The notes under the pieces were generated by a model. That model was not told where the DNA came from. It did no database searches and saw nothing but the letters and a program-made list of their open reading frames with translations. Positions 52,373 through 60,253 of a stretch of DNA of 64,000 nt are shown here, piece after piece (within the stretch, counting starts at the first letter, position 1; each line of letters starts with the position of its first letter). Location: the NCBI GenBank assembly GCA_041741095.1, contig JBGSKQ010000080.1, positions 15,850 to 79,849 of the forward strand, written 5' to 3'. The stretch comes from Saprospiraceae bacterium (GTDB lineage Bacteria > Bacteroidota > Bacteroidia > Chitinophagales > Saprospiraceae). The translations under genes were made by a program, and so were the position numbers.

Positions 52373-52420
52373 AGAAGTGAGGGGTGAGAGGTGAGGCCCT
52401 CACTCTCACCCCTCACTTCT
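52373..52420. repeat. 48-nt near-perfect palindrome built from GTGAGRG units between the sigma and anti-sigma genes
   Basis: AGAAGTGAGGGGTGAGAG (52373-52390) is the exact reverse complement of CTCTCACCCCTCACTTCT (52403-52420). The 12-nt spacer GTGAGGCCCTCA pairs further (TGAGG/CCTCA). Confidence 0.85.
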
Positions 52421-52434
52421 ACGAACAAGTAACA

Positions 52435-53178
52435 ATGAGCCAGTACAACGACATATCGTATATAGAAGCTTACCTACAGGATAGGATGGGGGAGGCCGAG
52501 CGGCGGGCTTTCGAGGCGGAGCTTTCGGGCAACGAACCGCTCCGGCAGGAAGTGGATGCCTACCAAAAAATCTACTCAGGATTCAATGCCCTGAAAGAAA
52601 ATGCCTTCTCCGGCCAGGTGGCCCAATGGATAACTGAAGCCAAAGCCCAAGACCAAAGCAATATCGTTCCGATAAAAAAGGGTGCCATCGTCCGGACAAT
52701 GTGGCGGCGCTTGGCAGTGGCGGCAAGCGTTGTTTTGCTGCTGGGCATCGCAGCGGCATGGTGGGTGTCGCAGCAGTACAGCGACGAAAAATTGGTGGCG
52801 GAAGCCTACATTTCCCCAAAGGCCAGTGGCACGATGGGAGGCCAGGAAACCCAGGCCAGCTTGTTGGAAAAACAATTTGAAACAGCGCACCAGTTCTTTA
52901 AAAATGCCGCTTATGCAGATGCCACCAGGGAATTTGGATTAGTGGTGAATCAACTCGAAGCCAACCCGGCCCTTTTCGACCAACTCACCCACCAATTTTA
53001 CCTCGACAATGCCAAATGGACGGGCCTGCTGGCGCAGTTTGCCGCCGGGCAAATTTCAGATGAAGCATTTTCAGAAAAATTAGCTGCTTTTGCCAATGAT
53101 CCGGCCAGCGATTATGCTGAAAAAGCGAAGGATTTGAAGAGGGATTTGGGATCGGTTTGGCGGAAGATCGGCGGGTAA
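52435..53178 (+). CDS. anti-sigma factor (single-pass membrane protein with TPR-like extracytoplasmic domain)
   Basis: Start chosen at ATG 52435 (MSQYNDISYIEAYLQDRMGEAERRAFEAEL, an anti-sigma N-terminal pattern). The TM span is WRRLAVAASVVLLLGIAAAWWV. It lies immediately downstream of the ECF sigma gene. Confidence 0.7.
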   Translation: MSQYNDISYIEAYLQDRMGEAERRAFEAELSGNEPLRQEVDAYQKIYSGFNALKENAFSGQVAQWITEAKAQDQSNIVPIKKGAIVRTMWRRLAVAASVVLLLGIAAAWWVSQQYSDEKLVAEAYISPKASGTMGGQETQASLLEKQFETAHQFFKNAAYADATREFGLVVNQLEANPALFDQLTHQFYLDNAKWTGLLAQFAAGQISDEAFSEKLAAFANDPASDYAEKAKDLKRDLGSVWRKIGG

Positions 53179-53200
53179 AGTGCCTCTAAACCACGGTTTC

Positions 53201-53266
53201 TCAACTTTTGGGGATCATATTCCCTAAAAGTTGTGATAATTAGGGATTGTATTCCCCAAAAGTTGA
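53201..53266 (+). terminator. compound hairpin downstream of the anti-sigma gene (14-bp perfect inverted repeat enclosing a 7-bp hairpin)
   Basis: TCAACTTTTGGGGA (53201-53214) pairs with TCCCCAAAAGTTGA (53253-53266). An inner hairpin is TCCCTAA...TTAGGGA (53221-53247). ATTTTTAT follows. Confidence 0.4.
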
Positions 53267-53328
53267 ATTTTTATAAAACGGCTCCACTTTTACCCATCAG
53301 CACGGCGGGACTTCACTTATGACGTGGC

Positions 53329-53531
53329 AGGTCGCCTATGGCGATGACAAGGGGCGTCGGGACTTTGAAATAGGGGCGGTGCTTTGTCATTGCCGCAGGC
53401 AAACCGCAACGCCAAATGTGCAATCCGCTTATGTCATTTCCCAAGGCAAGCCGCAAAGCCACGACGGGGCTTCCCTATTGGCGTTGCAGAGCTTGTCCCG
53501 ATTCTTCGGGATCGCCTGCGGCGCTGACAAG
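53329..53531. repeat. four copies of a ~22-nt motif TTGTCAT-(small GC hairpin), in orientations -,+,+,-
   Basis: The copies are the reverse complement of 53330-53351 (CTTGTCATCGCCATAGGCGACC), 53384-53405 (TTTGTCATTGCCGCAGGCAAAC), 53430-53451 (TATGTCATTTCCCAAGGCAAGC) and the reverse complement of 53510-53531 (CTTGTCAGCGCCGCAGGCGATC). Confidence 0.7.
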
Positions 53532-53545
53532 TGGCATCTGGCCAT

Positions 53546-56416
53546 TCAGTTACTTTTCTTTTTGCGTTTTTTAGTAACAAAAATAAACAGCCCAAGGGCG
53601 GCGCTGCCGAGCAAGAACCAAGGCCACTTCAAGCCGCCATTTTCCACCGCTGCCATGTCGCCTATCGGGGTATAGGCTGCCCAAAAGACGGGGTGGGCAT
53701 ACATATCCTGTTGGGCCTTTTCCAGTTGTTCCAATTTGGCATTCCAAAGTGCTTCGTCCTTCCGTTCGCCCTCGTTCAGGTGGCGGAAGAAGCTGATAGT
53801 CAGGTCTTTGTTCGATTCGTCGTTGATGCTCCAAAGCGTTGTCACCACGCTTTTCGCCCCGGCGTACAAAAAGCTGCGGGCCAAGCTGATGATACCCTCG
53901 CCATTAAACCACTGGCCATTTCCCGTTTCGCAGGCTCCCAAAAAAACAAGATCGGCGGACAGGGGCATATTGTAGATGTCGTTGACAAAAACGGTGTCGT
54001 AGCCGCCCTCGCCGTTTGACAAAATAATAAAGGAAAAATCGCCGTCGCCGGAATTGGCCTTGGCATGGGTGGCCAAGTAGAGGATGTTGTGCAGGGCCGC
54101 ATTTGTCCGAAAAGCCGCTACGTTGGCACTATCCTTAAAAAAAACAGCCCCGCCGAGCAGGGATTTCACGGCTTCTGCGCTGCCAATATTGAACAGCAAA
54201 GGGGATATTCCAGACATGTTCCCTTCGGGAAATTCGGGGGCAAAGGCTGCGAAACCAGCCAATGCCTTCTGCTTTTTGTGCGAACGGAGTTCTTGCAAAA
54301 GCGACAGCGAGTAATTGTAGGAAATGTTATGACGCCGGGCGAGGTAAGGGTATTTTTTAAAAACACAATCCGATACGGGCGATTCGTACAGCAGGGCATC
54401 AAAAGGCAGGAAACCCAGGATACCACCGGGCACGATGACGAGGTCTTGCGGCAGGCCGTATCGTTCAACAGGGGCCAACAGTTTTTGGTACAAACGCTGT
54501 CCCAAATCGGTGTAGGTTTGGCACAAACTGTCCCGATTGCTGCCGTAAAATTGGAAGGCTTCAATGTCACGCCGGAACTGCGTAACCCAAGCCTCCAAAG
54601 GGAAATCTTTTGCCAAACGCTCCACAAAAAAGCCGTCCTTTTTTACCAAAAAAATGAAAATCGTACTGTCGCCTACGAAATACTCCACGATGGCCTGAAC
54701 CTGCCGCAAGGACTGCTGCATTTCGTCCAGCGCCGTTTCGGCTTGCTGGTATTTAAGCTTGTAAAATTCTGGATAGTCCCGCTCGATCCGCCGGCGCAGG
54801 TTGGAGAGTTCCTGATTGCGCAGCAGGGTTTCGTTTTTAAGGTTTTCGATAGCGGATTCGTCCAAGTCGGCCCCATGCTCCCTCGTGTAAATTTCCTTTT
54901 CCAATTGCGAGACTTGCTCGGCCAATTGTTTTTCCAAAAAAAGCAGTTTGGAAGGGATGTTGGCCATCGAATTGGCCCCGGCGTTGCGCAGGGCTTCGAG
55001 CAGGAGCAGGCTTTTGCTTTTTTCTGAAAAACGGAGGGCCTGCTCCAACCACTTTTCACCGCCCTTGCCCTGGCTGGCCTCCCAGGCAGTGTTAATGGCA
55101 GTTTCAGCACGTTGGCTGGCTTCGTCGAGGGTCGCCAATTTGGAGGATTCGTAGTGGTGTACACGGCGGTAGGCTTGTTCGGCATTAAAGAGGAGGTCGT
55201 GGCATTCCAGCGACTTTTCTATCCACTTGCGCTCGCCCGTTTGGCGGTACATTTTTTTAAAAACCTCCGCCTTGCCGCCCAGGGCTTCCATGAGGGTATT
55301 TTCGGGGTAAAATTTTTCGGGTTTGGGGTTGGCCGCTGGGTCATTTTCAACAAAACCCAGCATCACGCTTTGAAGCGCCAATTGTTGCTGTTCGAGTGCT
55401 TTTTTCAGTTGGTTTTGCTGCAAATAATAAGCCGCCCAAGAAAGGCGCAATTTGCCAAACTCCCGCCGCAACGTGTCGCCACCGCAAAACTCCCGGAGCA
55501 AGGAGTAAGAATCTTGGTAGAGCCTCTCAGCACCAGGCTCGTCGTGTTTCAGTTCGGCCAGCAGTTTCAGGATGCCTGACAGCCACAGTTTGCCAGAATA
55601 ATGCAGGTCATTTTTTACCACATTTTCCAGATATGACTTGGCTTTTTCCGCATGGATTTTCGCAGCATGATTAGATGATAAACGCTGAAAAGCTGTGGCC
55701 AAAGTCGTTTCCAGCAAGCCTTTGGATACTGCGTTCAAGCCCGGCAAACGCAGCGCCGATTCGCAGCTATCAATGGCCGCCTGTTCATGTCCCGTATCGA
55801 GCAGTGCAATACCGATGTCGCTGGTGATTTCTGCTGCCAGGTTGTACTCTTTGAAGCGCAGGCTCGTCCGTTTGGCCTTCCCCAACAGCACAAAAGCCGC
55901 CTCGTAGTCGCCGAAGCGGGTGTAGATATTGCCGAGTTCACGGTGCAGATAGGCCGCTGTGCGCAGGCTTTCTTTTTTTATTTTTTCGTCAAATACAAAA
56001 AGCGCTTTTTCGTAGCAAAGGCGGGCGTCATAGTATTGGCCCAGGGCTTGGTGCGAGTAGGCCCAGAGCAGGTAAACGGAGCCGAGCAGATCCCATTCCC
56101 GTTCATTTTCGGGCTGACGGGGCAGTTTATCAAGGGTTGTTTTTTTGCACAATTCTATGGCATCGGCAGGGTGGAGTTCGTAGGCCACATTGTAGAGGGC
56201 GTTGATCCAGTTGTAGAGGTCTTTTTCTTTTTGGAAAATTGCTTGGGCGGCTTGAAGTTGGAGCAGGCTGCTGTCTGGTTTTTCCAGGGCGAGTTGGGCT
56301 GCTTTTTCAGCATATTTTTTGGCCAAAATCGTGTCTTGTGGGAGGGCAAATAATTGCGCAGCAAAAAAAACAAGGAGTGTAAAAGGCAGGTGAAAACGCC
56401 AGAGGTAGATTGTCAT
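53546..56416 (-). CDS. TPR-repeat + CHAT (caspase-like protease) domain protein with N-terminal signal-like sequence and C-terminal TM anchor
   Basis: N-terminus is MTIYLWRFHLPFTLLVFFAAQLFA. Multiple TPR-like helices span residues about 30-330. The CHAT dyad context is LYLATHAKAN (His784, nt 54065-54067) and VFLGACETG (Cys829, nt 53930-53932). The C-terminus is WPWFLLGSAALGLFIFVTKKRKKKSN. Confidence 0.85.
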   Translation of the reverse strand: MTIYLWRFHLPFTLLVFFAAQLFALPQDTILAKKYAEKAAQLALEKPDSSLLQLQAAQAIFQKEKDLYNWINALYNVAYELHPADAIELCKKTTLDKLPRQPENEREWDLLGSVYLLWAYSHQALGQYYDARLCYEKALFVFDEKIKKESLRTAAYLHRELGNIYTRFGDYEAAFVLLGKAKRTSLRFKEYNLAAEITSDIGIALLDTGHEQAAIDSCESALRLPGLNAVSKGLLETTLATAFQRLSSNHAAKIHAEKAKSYLENVVKNDLHYSGKLWLSGILKLLAELKHDEPGAERLYQDSYSLLREFCGGDTLRREFGKLRLSWAAYYLQQNQLKKALEQQQLALQSVMLGFVENDPAANPKPEKFYPENTLMEALGGKAEVFKKMYRQTGERKWIEKSLECHDLLFNAEQAYRRVHHYESSKLATLDEASQRAETAINTAWEASQGKGGEKWLEQALRFSEKSKSLLLLEALRNAGANSMANIPSKLLFLEKQLAEQVSQLEKEIYTREHGADLDESAIENLKNETLLRNQELSNLRRRIERDYPEFYKLKYQQAETALDEMQQSLRQVQAIVEYFVGDSTIFIFLVKKDGFFVERLAKDFPLEAWVTQFRRDIEAFQFYGSNRDSLCQTYTDLGQRLYQKLLAPVERYGLPQDLVIVPGGILGFLPFDALLYESPVSDCVFKKYPYLARRHNISYNYSLSLLQELRSHKKQKALAGFAAFAPEFPEGNMSGISPLLFNIGSAEAVKSLLGGAVFFKDSANVAAFRTNAALHNILYLATHAKANSGDGDFSFIILSNGEGGYDTVFVNDIYNMPLSADLVFLGACETGNGQWFNGEGIISLARSFLYAGAKSVVTTLWSINDESNKDLTISFFRHLNEGERKDEALWNAKLEQLEKAQQDMYAHPVFWAAYTPIGDMAAVENGGLKWPWFLLGSAALGLFIFVTKKRKKKSN

Positions 56417-56478
56417 GCGCTTCGGTTTTGGTTGATTGCTCTGAAAAAGTAAAAGTACTAAATGCGGCTATGCGGCGT

Positions 56479-56575
56479 GTCGGAAATAACTTTCTGATTT
56501 TGGCAACATTAGACCTTGGAGGTTTTTAAAACCTCCAAGGTCTAGCGACCCTCATACCGGAAAGTAATTTACGAC
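56479..56575. repeat. ~97-nt palindromic element with a 33-nt perfect central palindrome
   Basis: AGACCTTGGAGGTTTT-T-AAAACCTCCAAGGTCT (56511-56543) is perfect. The outer arms GTCGGAAATAACTTTCTG (56479-56496) and CCGGAAAGTAATTTACGAC (56558-56575) match as inverted repeats at 15 of 18 nt. Confidence 0.8.
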
Positions 56576-56688
56576 CCATTCCAATATGAAAAATGCCGGG
56601 CTACCCGAAGAGGGATTTGCCCGGCAGTTTTCATATAAAAAAAGGGACTGATTGGGAAAATGGCAGCGCAACTTTCTGTGCTGACCTT

Positions 56689-58500
56689 TCAATTATTTCC
56701 CAAAAACTTCTTCACAAACCAAATCACGACCAAGAAAACGAATAGCCCCACCGCAACCAGCAACATGCAAAGCGGGCCGCAGGCGCAGCCATTCGGTTCG
56801 GGTTTGGCTTCTTTGCACTCCTCGCATTCCAGTTCCTCGTTCACCTGGTCGTTGCCCGTTGTGGTGATGATGTTGGTATTGTCCACGGGCTGGGTACACA
56901 TCTCCTCGCCGCCGTTGAAGGTGATGCAGGCGAACGTTTCCTCCAGGTTGCCGATGTCAGTGCCGTCTTTTAGTTGCAGCGTGAAAATGATTTCACCAAT
57001 GGTGCTTGGATGGCCAACGCCCGCTTCGATGGCGGGGCTGAGGGGGCCGGGCCATTGCCAGGTGATGGTTCTTTGGTTGATGTCAATTTTCCCGTTGCGG
57101 AATTCGGGCTGGGCTGGGTTGGGGGTCATGGAGATGTCCTCCAGGCTGTTCATGTTCAGTTGAGGAGGCACATGCAGCACTACTTCCAGGTTGGTGGCAG
57201 GAGCGCCGCCGTCGTTGGAAAAAGTGATGATGCCCACTACTTTTTTGCCGCCTGTGCCTGGGCATTTGCAACCGTACAAGGATAAATTGTTGGGGTCGTG
57301 GGCGGCCACGATGGGTGTGCGCACCTCGTCCATCCCAATGATTTTGGACACCTGTATTTGCGGGTTCATGGACACGAACCCTTCCCCCTCCATAAAATAC
57401 TGGTTGCCCAACAGGCCAAGGATGCCCGATTCCTCCAGGGCTTGTTGCTGTTGCTGGCTAAGGTTGGGCAATTGGCTCAACAACTGGTCGGTGCCAGTAA
57501 AAAAGGTGTCGAGATAGGTCATCACGGCGAGGAAGCGCAGGGTGTCGCCTTGCAGGCTGGCCTCGTTGAACAGGGCCTGCATGGTGGAGTCGTTGGTCAG
57601 TTCTGCAAACAGATTGCGCCTTTCCTCGGTGCTGGGTTCTTCCTTTAAATTGCGGTAATTCCAGACCAGCACATCGTTGAATTCGTCGGATTCCGTTGGG
57701 TTCAGGCCAAAGGTTCCCAATGTGTCCGTGTCCAAAAAATGCAGCAGGGATTGCTGATAAACCGAACGCCCGCTTTTAATGGCGGGCGGACCAGCGGGGA
57801 GCGCACTTTCATTCGAAAACAAGCTGTTGACTTTGGTGCTTTTCGTCGGTACGCCTTTGATTACCTGGCTATTGTAAAACAAAAATACCTGGCCATCAAT
57901 GGGAAAAGCGGGCGATAGTTTGATAGGCTGCCGAAAAGACAAAATGGCAGCCATTGTATCGCCGGGCAACAAACCAGTATTATTGAATTGCAAACGGATT
58001 GGCAGGTTGGGATCAAAGGCAACGTCCACTGGTTGGACAGGCAGGGGTGCCATAGAAATGGCCAGGCTGCCGTTTGGCAAAAAACTATACGCTTTGCTGG
58101 GCGTGCGGCCAATGTCGCCTGTGGAAAGCATCCTTTTGGGTGGTTTTGAGCCGCCACTGTAATTGCCAGTCATATACACCGTCACGTCGGCACCGGGGCT
58201 ACCGCTATTCAAAAGCTTGGTATTCAAAGCATTGCGGTAGTTGTGCGTCAAGATAGAATCCCGGCTGTCGTTGATGAAAGTGCCGTCGCCAAAAATCCAT
58301 AAATAGGTATAGTATGGCTGCACTGCGCCCGCATCTGCCGAAAAGCTGAGCAGGCTGTCTTTGTCGCCTACCTTTAAAGTAGTGGTGGAAGTAGGGCCAT
58401 CCGCCGCTTCCACGGTGATTTTACCTTGAGAAAAAATAGCAAGTGGGCTAATGAAAGCAAGGAAAAGCCCAAACAGAAAAGGGGTAAGAAAACGGTTCAT
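56689..58500 (-). CDS. hypothetical secreted protein with PKD-like N-terminal module, Cys-rich juxtamembrane segment and C-terminal TM anchor
   Basis: The signal-like N-terminus is MNRFLTPFLFGLFLAFISPLAIFSQG. The PKD-like motif is YTYLWIFGDGTF. The C-terminus is ECEECKEAKPEPNGCACGPLCMLLVAVGLFVFLVVIWFVKKF. The gene is co-oriented with, and 272 nt upstream of, the CHAT gene. Confidence 0.6.
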   Translation of the reverse strand: MNRFLTPFLFGLFLAFISPLAIFSQGKITVEAADGPTSTTTLKVGDKDSLLSFSADAGAVQPYYTYLWIFGDGTFINDSRDSILTHNYRNALNTKLLNSGSPGADVTVYMTGNYSGGSKPPKRMLSTGDIGRTPSKAYSFLPNGSLAISMAPLPVQPVDVAFDPNLPIRLQFNNTGLLPGDTMAAILSFRQPIKLSPAFPIDGQVFLFYNSQVIKGVPTKSTKVNSLFSNESALPAGPPAIKSGRSVYQQSLLHFLDTDTLGTFGLNPTESDEFNDVLVWNYRNLKEEPSTEERRNLFAELTNDSTMQALFNEASLQGDTLRFLAVMTYLDTFFTGTDQLLSQLPNLSQQQQQALEESGILGLLGNQYFMEGEGFVSMNPQIQVSKIIGMDEVRTPIVAAHDPNNLSLYGCKCPGTGGKKVVGIITFSNDGGAPATNLEVVLHVPPQLNMNSLEDISMTPNPAQPEFRNGKIDINQRTITWQWPGPLSPAIEAGVGHPSTIGEIIFTLQLKDGTDIGNLEETFACITFNGGEEMCTQPVDNTNIITTTGNDQVNEELECEECKEAKPEPNGCACGPLCMLLVAVGLFVFLVVIWFVKKFLGNN

Positions 58501-58609
58501 AAGGTCAAGTTGGTTGGTGAGAAAATGTGGGCCTCAGGTGTTGAATCCCATTCTTTATATGTCTGATGGGAGTATTGTTACAGCCGGGGGTGGAATACTT
58601 TGCATTAAT

Positions 58610-58644
58610 GAGACGTGAGGAGTGAGAAAATGAGAAGTGAGGAA
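58610..58644. repeat. tandem GTGAG-type heptamers
   Basis: GAG ACGTGAG GAGTGAG AAAATGAG AAGTGAG GAA. Confidence 0.7.
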
Positions 58645-58779
58645 ATTAGACGTTGAAAATTATCGAAATATCCCAGTTCGGTTTTCTTTTGACAATTCAC
58701 GGTTCAGTAATGCCTTGTAAAGGTAATTTTTTAATGTTTTGATGCATCTCTACCTACTGATTTTTGGTAAACAAGCTTT

Positions 58780-58942
58780 AGAGCTTGTTTGCGATTAGGT
58801 CACTTGGTCAAAAAACGGCTCTTTTCCGCCATCTTTTCATCTTTTTTCAGTTGCGTAGCCCAGCTATGCGCCTTCAAAAAGCTGAAAAACTGACGAAAAA
58901 TAGCTCGTTTTTGCCTCAAGCACCAAATAGCAAACAAGCTCT
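58780..58942. repeat. 163-nt nested inverted-repeat element (MITE-like)
   Basis: The perfect 13-bp termini are AGAGCTTGTTTGC (58780-58792) and GCAAACAAGCTCT (58930-58942). The internal arms are about 70% complementary. The centre is TTTTCAG...GCGTAGCCCAGCTATGCGC...CTGAAAA. The right terminus abuts the stop codon of the 58942-59274 gene. Confidence 0.75.
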
Positions 58943-59274
58943 TACTGCTTTCTATAATACATCAACACCGCCCCAAAGGCCGTGATCAGCACGATTAGCA
59001 CGGTGGCCATTTTGATGGTATAGCGGATGTTGTTGGAAAAATCGAGGATGTCTTTTTTCATGTGCGGGTACTTGGGCAGGATTTCCGCCTCCATTTTTTT
59101 TGGGTTGAAGATATGCGCCGTGTCGAACTGCACCCGGTTTTGCACCAAGCGCTTGTACGATTTCAGCACCTTCACCCTGAAATACACGTTGACGAACAGC
59201 ATTGCCACGAAAAGGCCGATGATGAGGGAAATGAGGAAGTTGATCATTGGTTGAAGGAAAAGTGAAAAGGGCAA
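58942..59274 (-). CDS. hypothetical membrane protein (2 TM)
   Basis: 110-aa ORF. It has N- and C-terminal hydrophobic spans (FLISLIIGLFVAMLFVNVYF; MATVLIVLITAFGAVLMYY) and a basic cytoplasmic loop. Confidence 0.5.
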   Translation of the reverse strand: MPFSLFLQPMINFLISLIIGLFVAMLFVNVYFRVKVLKSYKRLVQNRVQFDTAHIFNPKKMEAEILPKYPHMKKDILDFSNNIRYTIKMATVLIVLITAFGAVLMYYRKQ

Positions 59275-59275
59275 A

Positions 59276-59301
59276 GTAAAAAGGTGGGCGAAGTTACGCC
59301 C
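59276..59301 (-). terminator. possible weak terminator downstream of glsA
   Basis: On the minus strand, GGGCG-taactt-CGCCC is followed by ACCTTTTTACTTT. Confidence 0.3.
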
Positions 59302-59340
59302 GCTGTCCGAAAGTTAGCGAATTGCCTATCCACCATCCAC

Positions 59341-60252
59341 CTAAAATATACTCTGCTCCAATTTTGAGGTCAGCAATTCCAAAGCCTTCATGCCCATGAC
59401 CGAATTGCCTTTTTGGTTGAGCCGGGGGCCCCACACGGCCACGCTGTAAGCCTTTGGGTGGATGGCCACGATGCCGCCGCCGACCCCACTTTTGCCGGGC
59501 AGGCCTACTTCAAAGGAGAACTCGCCTGCTTCGTCGTAGAAGCCGCAAGTTTGCATGAGAGCGTTCAGGCGTTTAGTTTGGCTTTTGTTCAGGAATTGAG
59601 GGCGAAAGTTTGAACTGCCGTGATTGCAATAGAAAAGAAAAGCACGGGCCAATTCCTCGCAGGTCATTTCGATGGAGCAAATGTGGAAATAGAGGTCAAG
59701 TACCTCGTCCACCCCGTTGTGCAAGTTGCCAAATGATTTGAGGAAATAGGCCAGGGCAAAGTTTCGGAAGCCCGTTTTCCGTTCCGAGGCGGCTACGGTT
59801 CCATTAAAGGTGATACCGGGCCTGCCCGCAAGGTCGTCCACCAATGCGAGGACTTCCGCTTTCGGGTTGGCGCATTGGCTTATCAGGATGTCGCACACCA
59901 CGATGGCACCAGCATTGATGAGCGGGTTGCGGGGGATGCCCTTCTCGTATTCCAGTTGCACCAGTGAGTTGAAGCGGTTGCCCGACGGCTCCACACCTAC
60001 CCGATCCCACAGCCCTTCGCCTAGTTTGGAAATGGCCAGTGTGAGAGCAAATACTTTGGAAATGCTCTGGATGGAAAACTTTTTCTGGTAGTCGCCAAGG
60101 CCGTATTGCCCGCCCTCCAGCAGTTGTAGGCAGATGCCGAATTGGTCGGGGTTGACGTTGGCCAGTTCAGGGATGTAGTTGGCAGGCTGGCCTTGGCCGT
60201 GGAAGGGGGAGAGGTCTGTCAAGATGGCTTGAAGAACGGTGGCATAATTCAT
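59341..60252 (-). CDS. glsA: glutaminase A
   Basis: 303 aa. The segment FSIQSISKVFALTLA carries the Ser-x-x-Lys catalytic motif. NAGAI and GKSGVGGGIVA segments are typical of the Glutaminase family. Confidence 0.9.
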   Translation of the reverse strand: MNYATVLQAILTDLSPFHGQGQPANYIPELANVNPDQFGICLQLLEGGQYGLGDYQKKFSIQSISKVFALTLAISKLGEGLWDRVGVEPSGNRFNSLVQLEYEKGIPRNPLINAGAIVVCDILISQCANPKAEVLALVDDLAGRPGITFNGTVAASERKTGFRNFALAYFLKSFGNLHNGVDEVLDLYFHICSIEMTCEELARAFLFYCNHGSSNFRPQFLNKSQTKRLNALMQTCGFYDEAGEFSFEVGLPGKSGVGGGIVAIHPKAYSVAVWGPRLNQKGNSVMGMKALELLTSKLEQSIF

Positions 60253-60253
60253 A

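Noticed and set aside
53319-53675. 118-aa plus-strand ORF in the anti-sigma/CHAT convergent gap
   Set aside because: It is composed of translations of the four TTGTCAT-hairpin repeat copies, and it overlaps the CHAT gene's 3' end.
54065-56353. Long plus-strand ORFs (54065-55027, 55112-55579, 55787-56353) antisense to the CHAT gene
   Set aside because: Their composition is biased (F/V/Q/G-rich) and they have no motifs. The minus-strand frame carries clear TPR and CHAT signatures across the same span.
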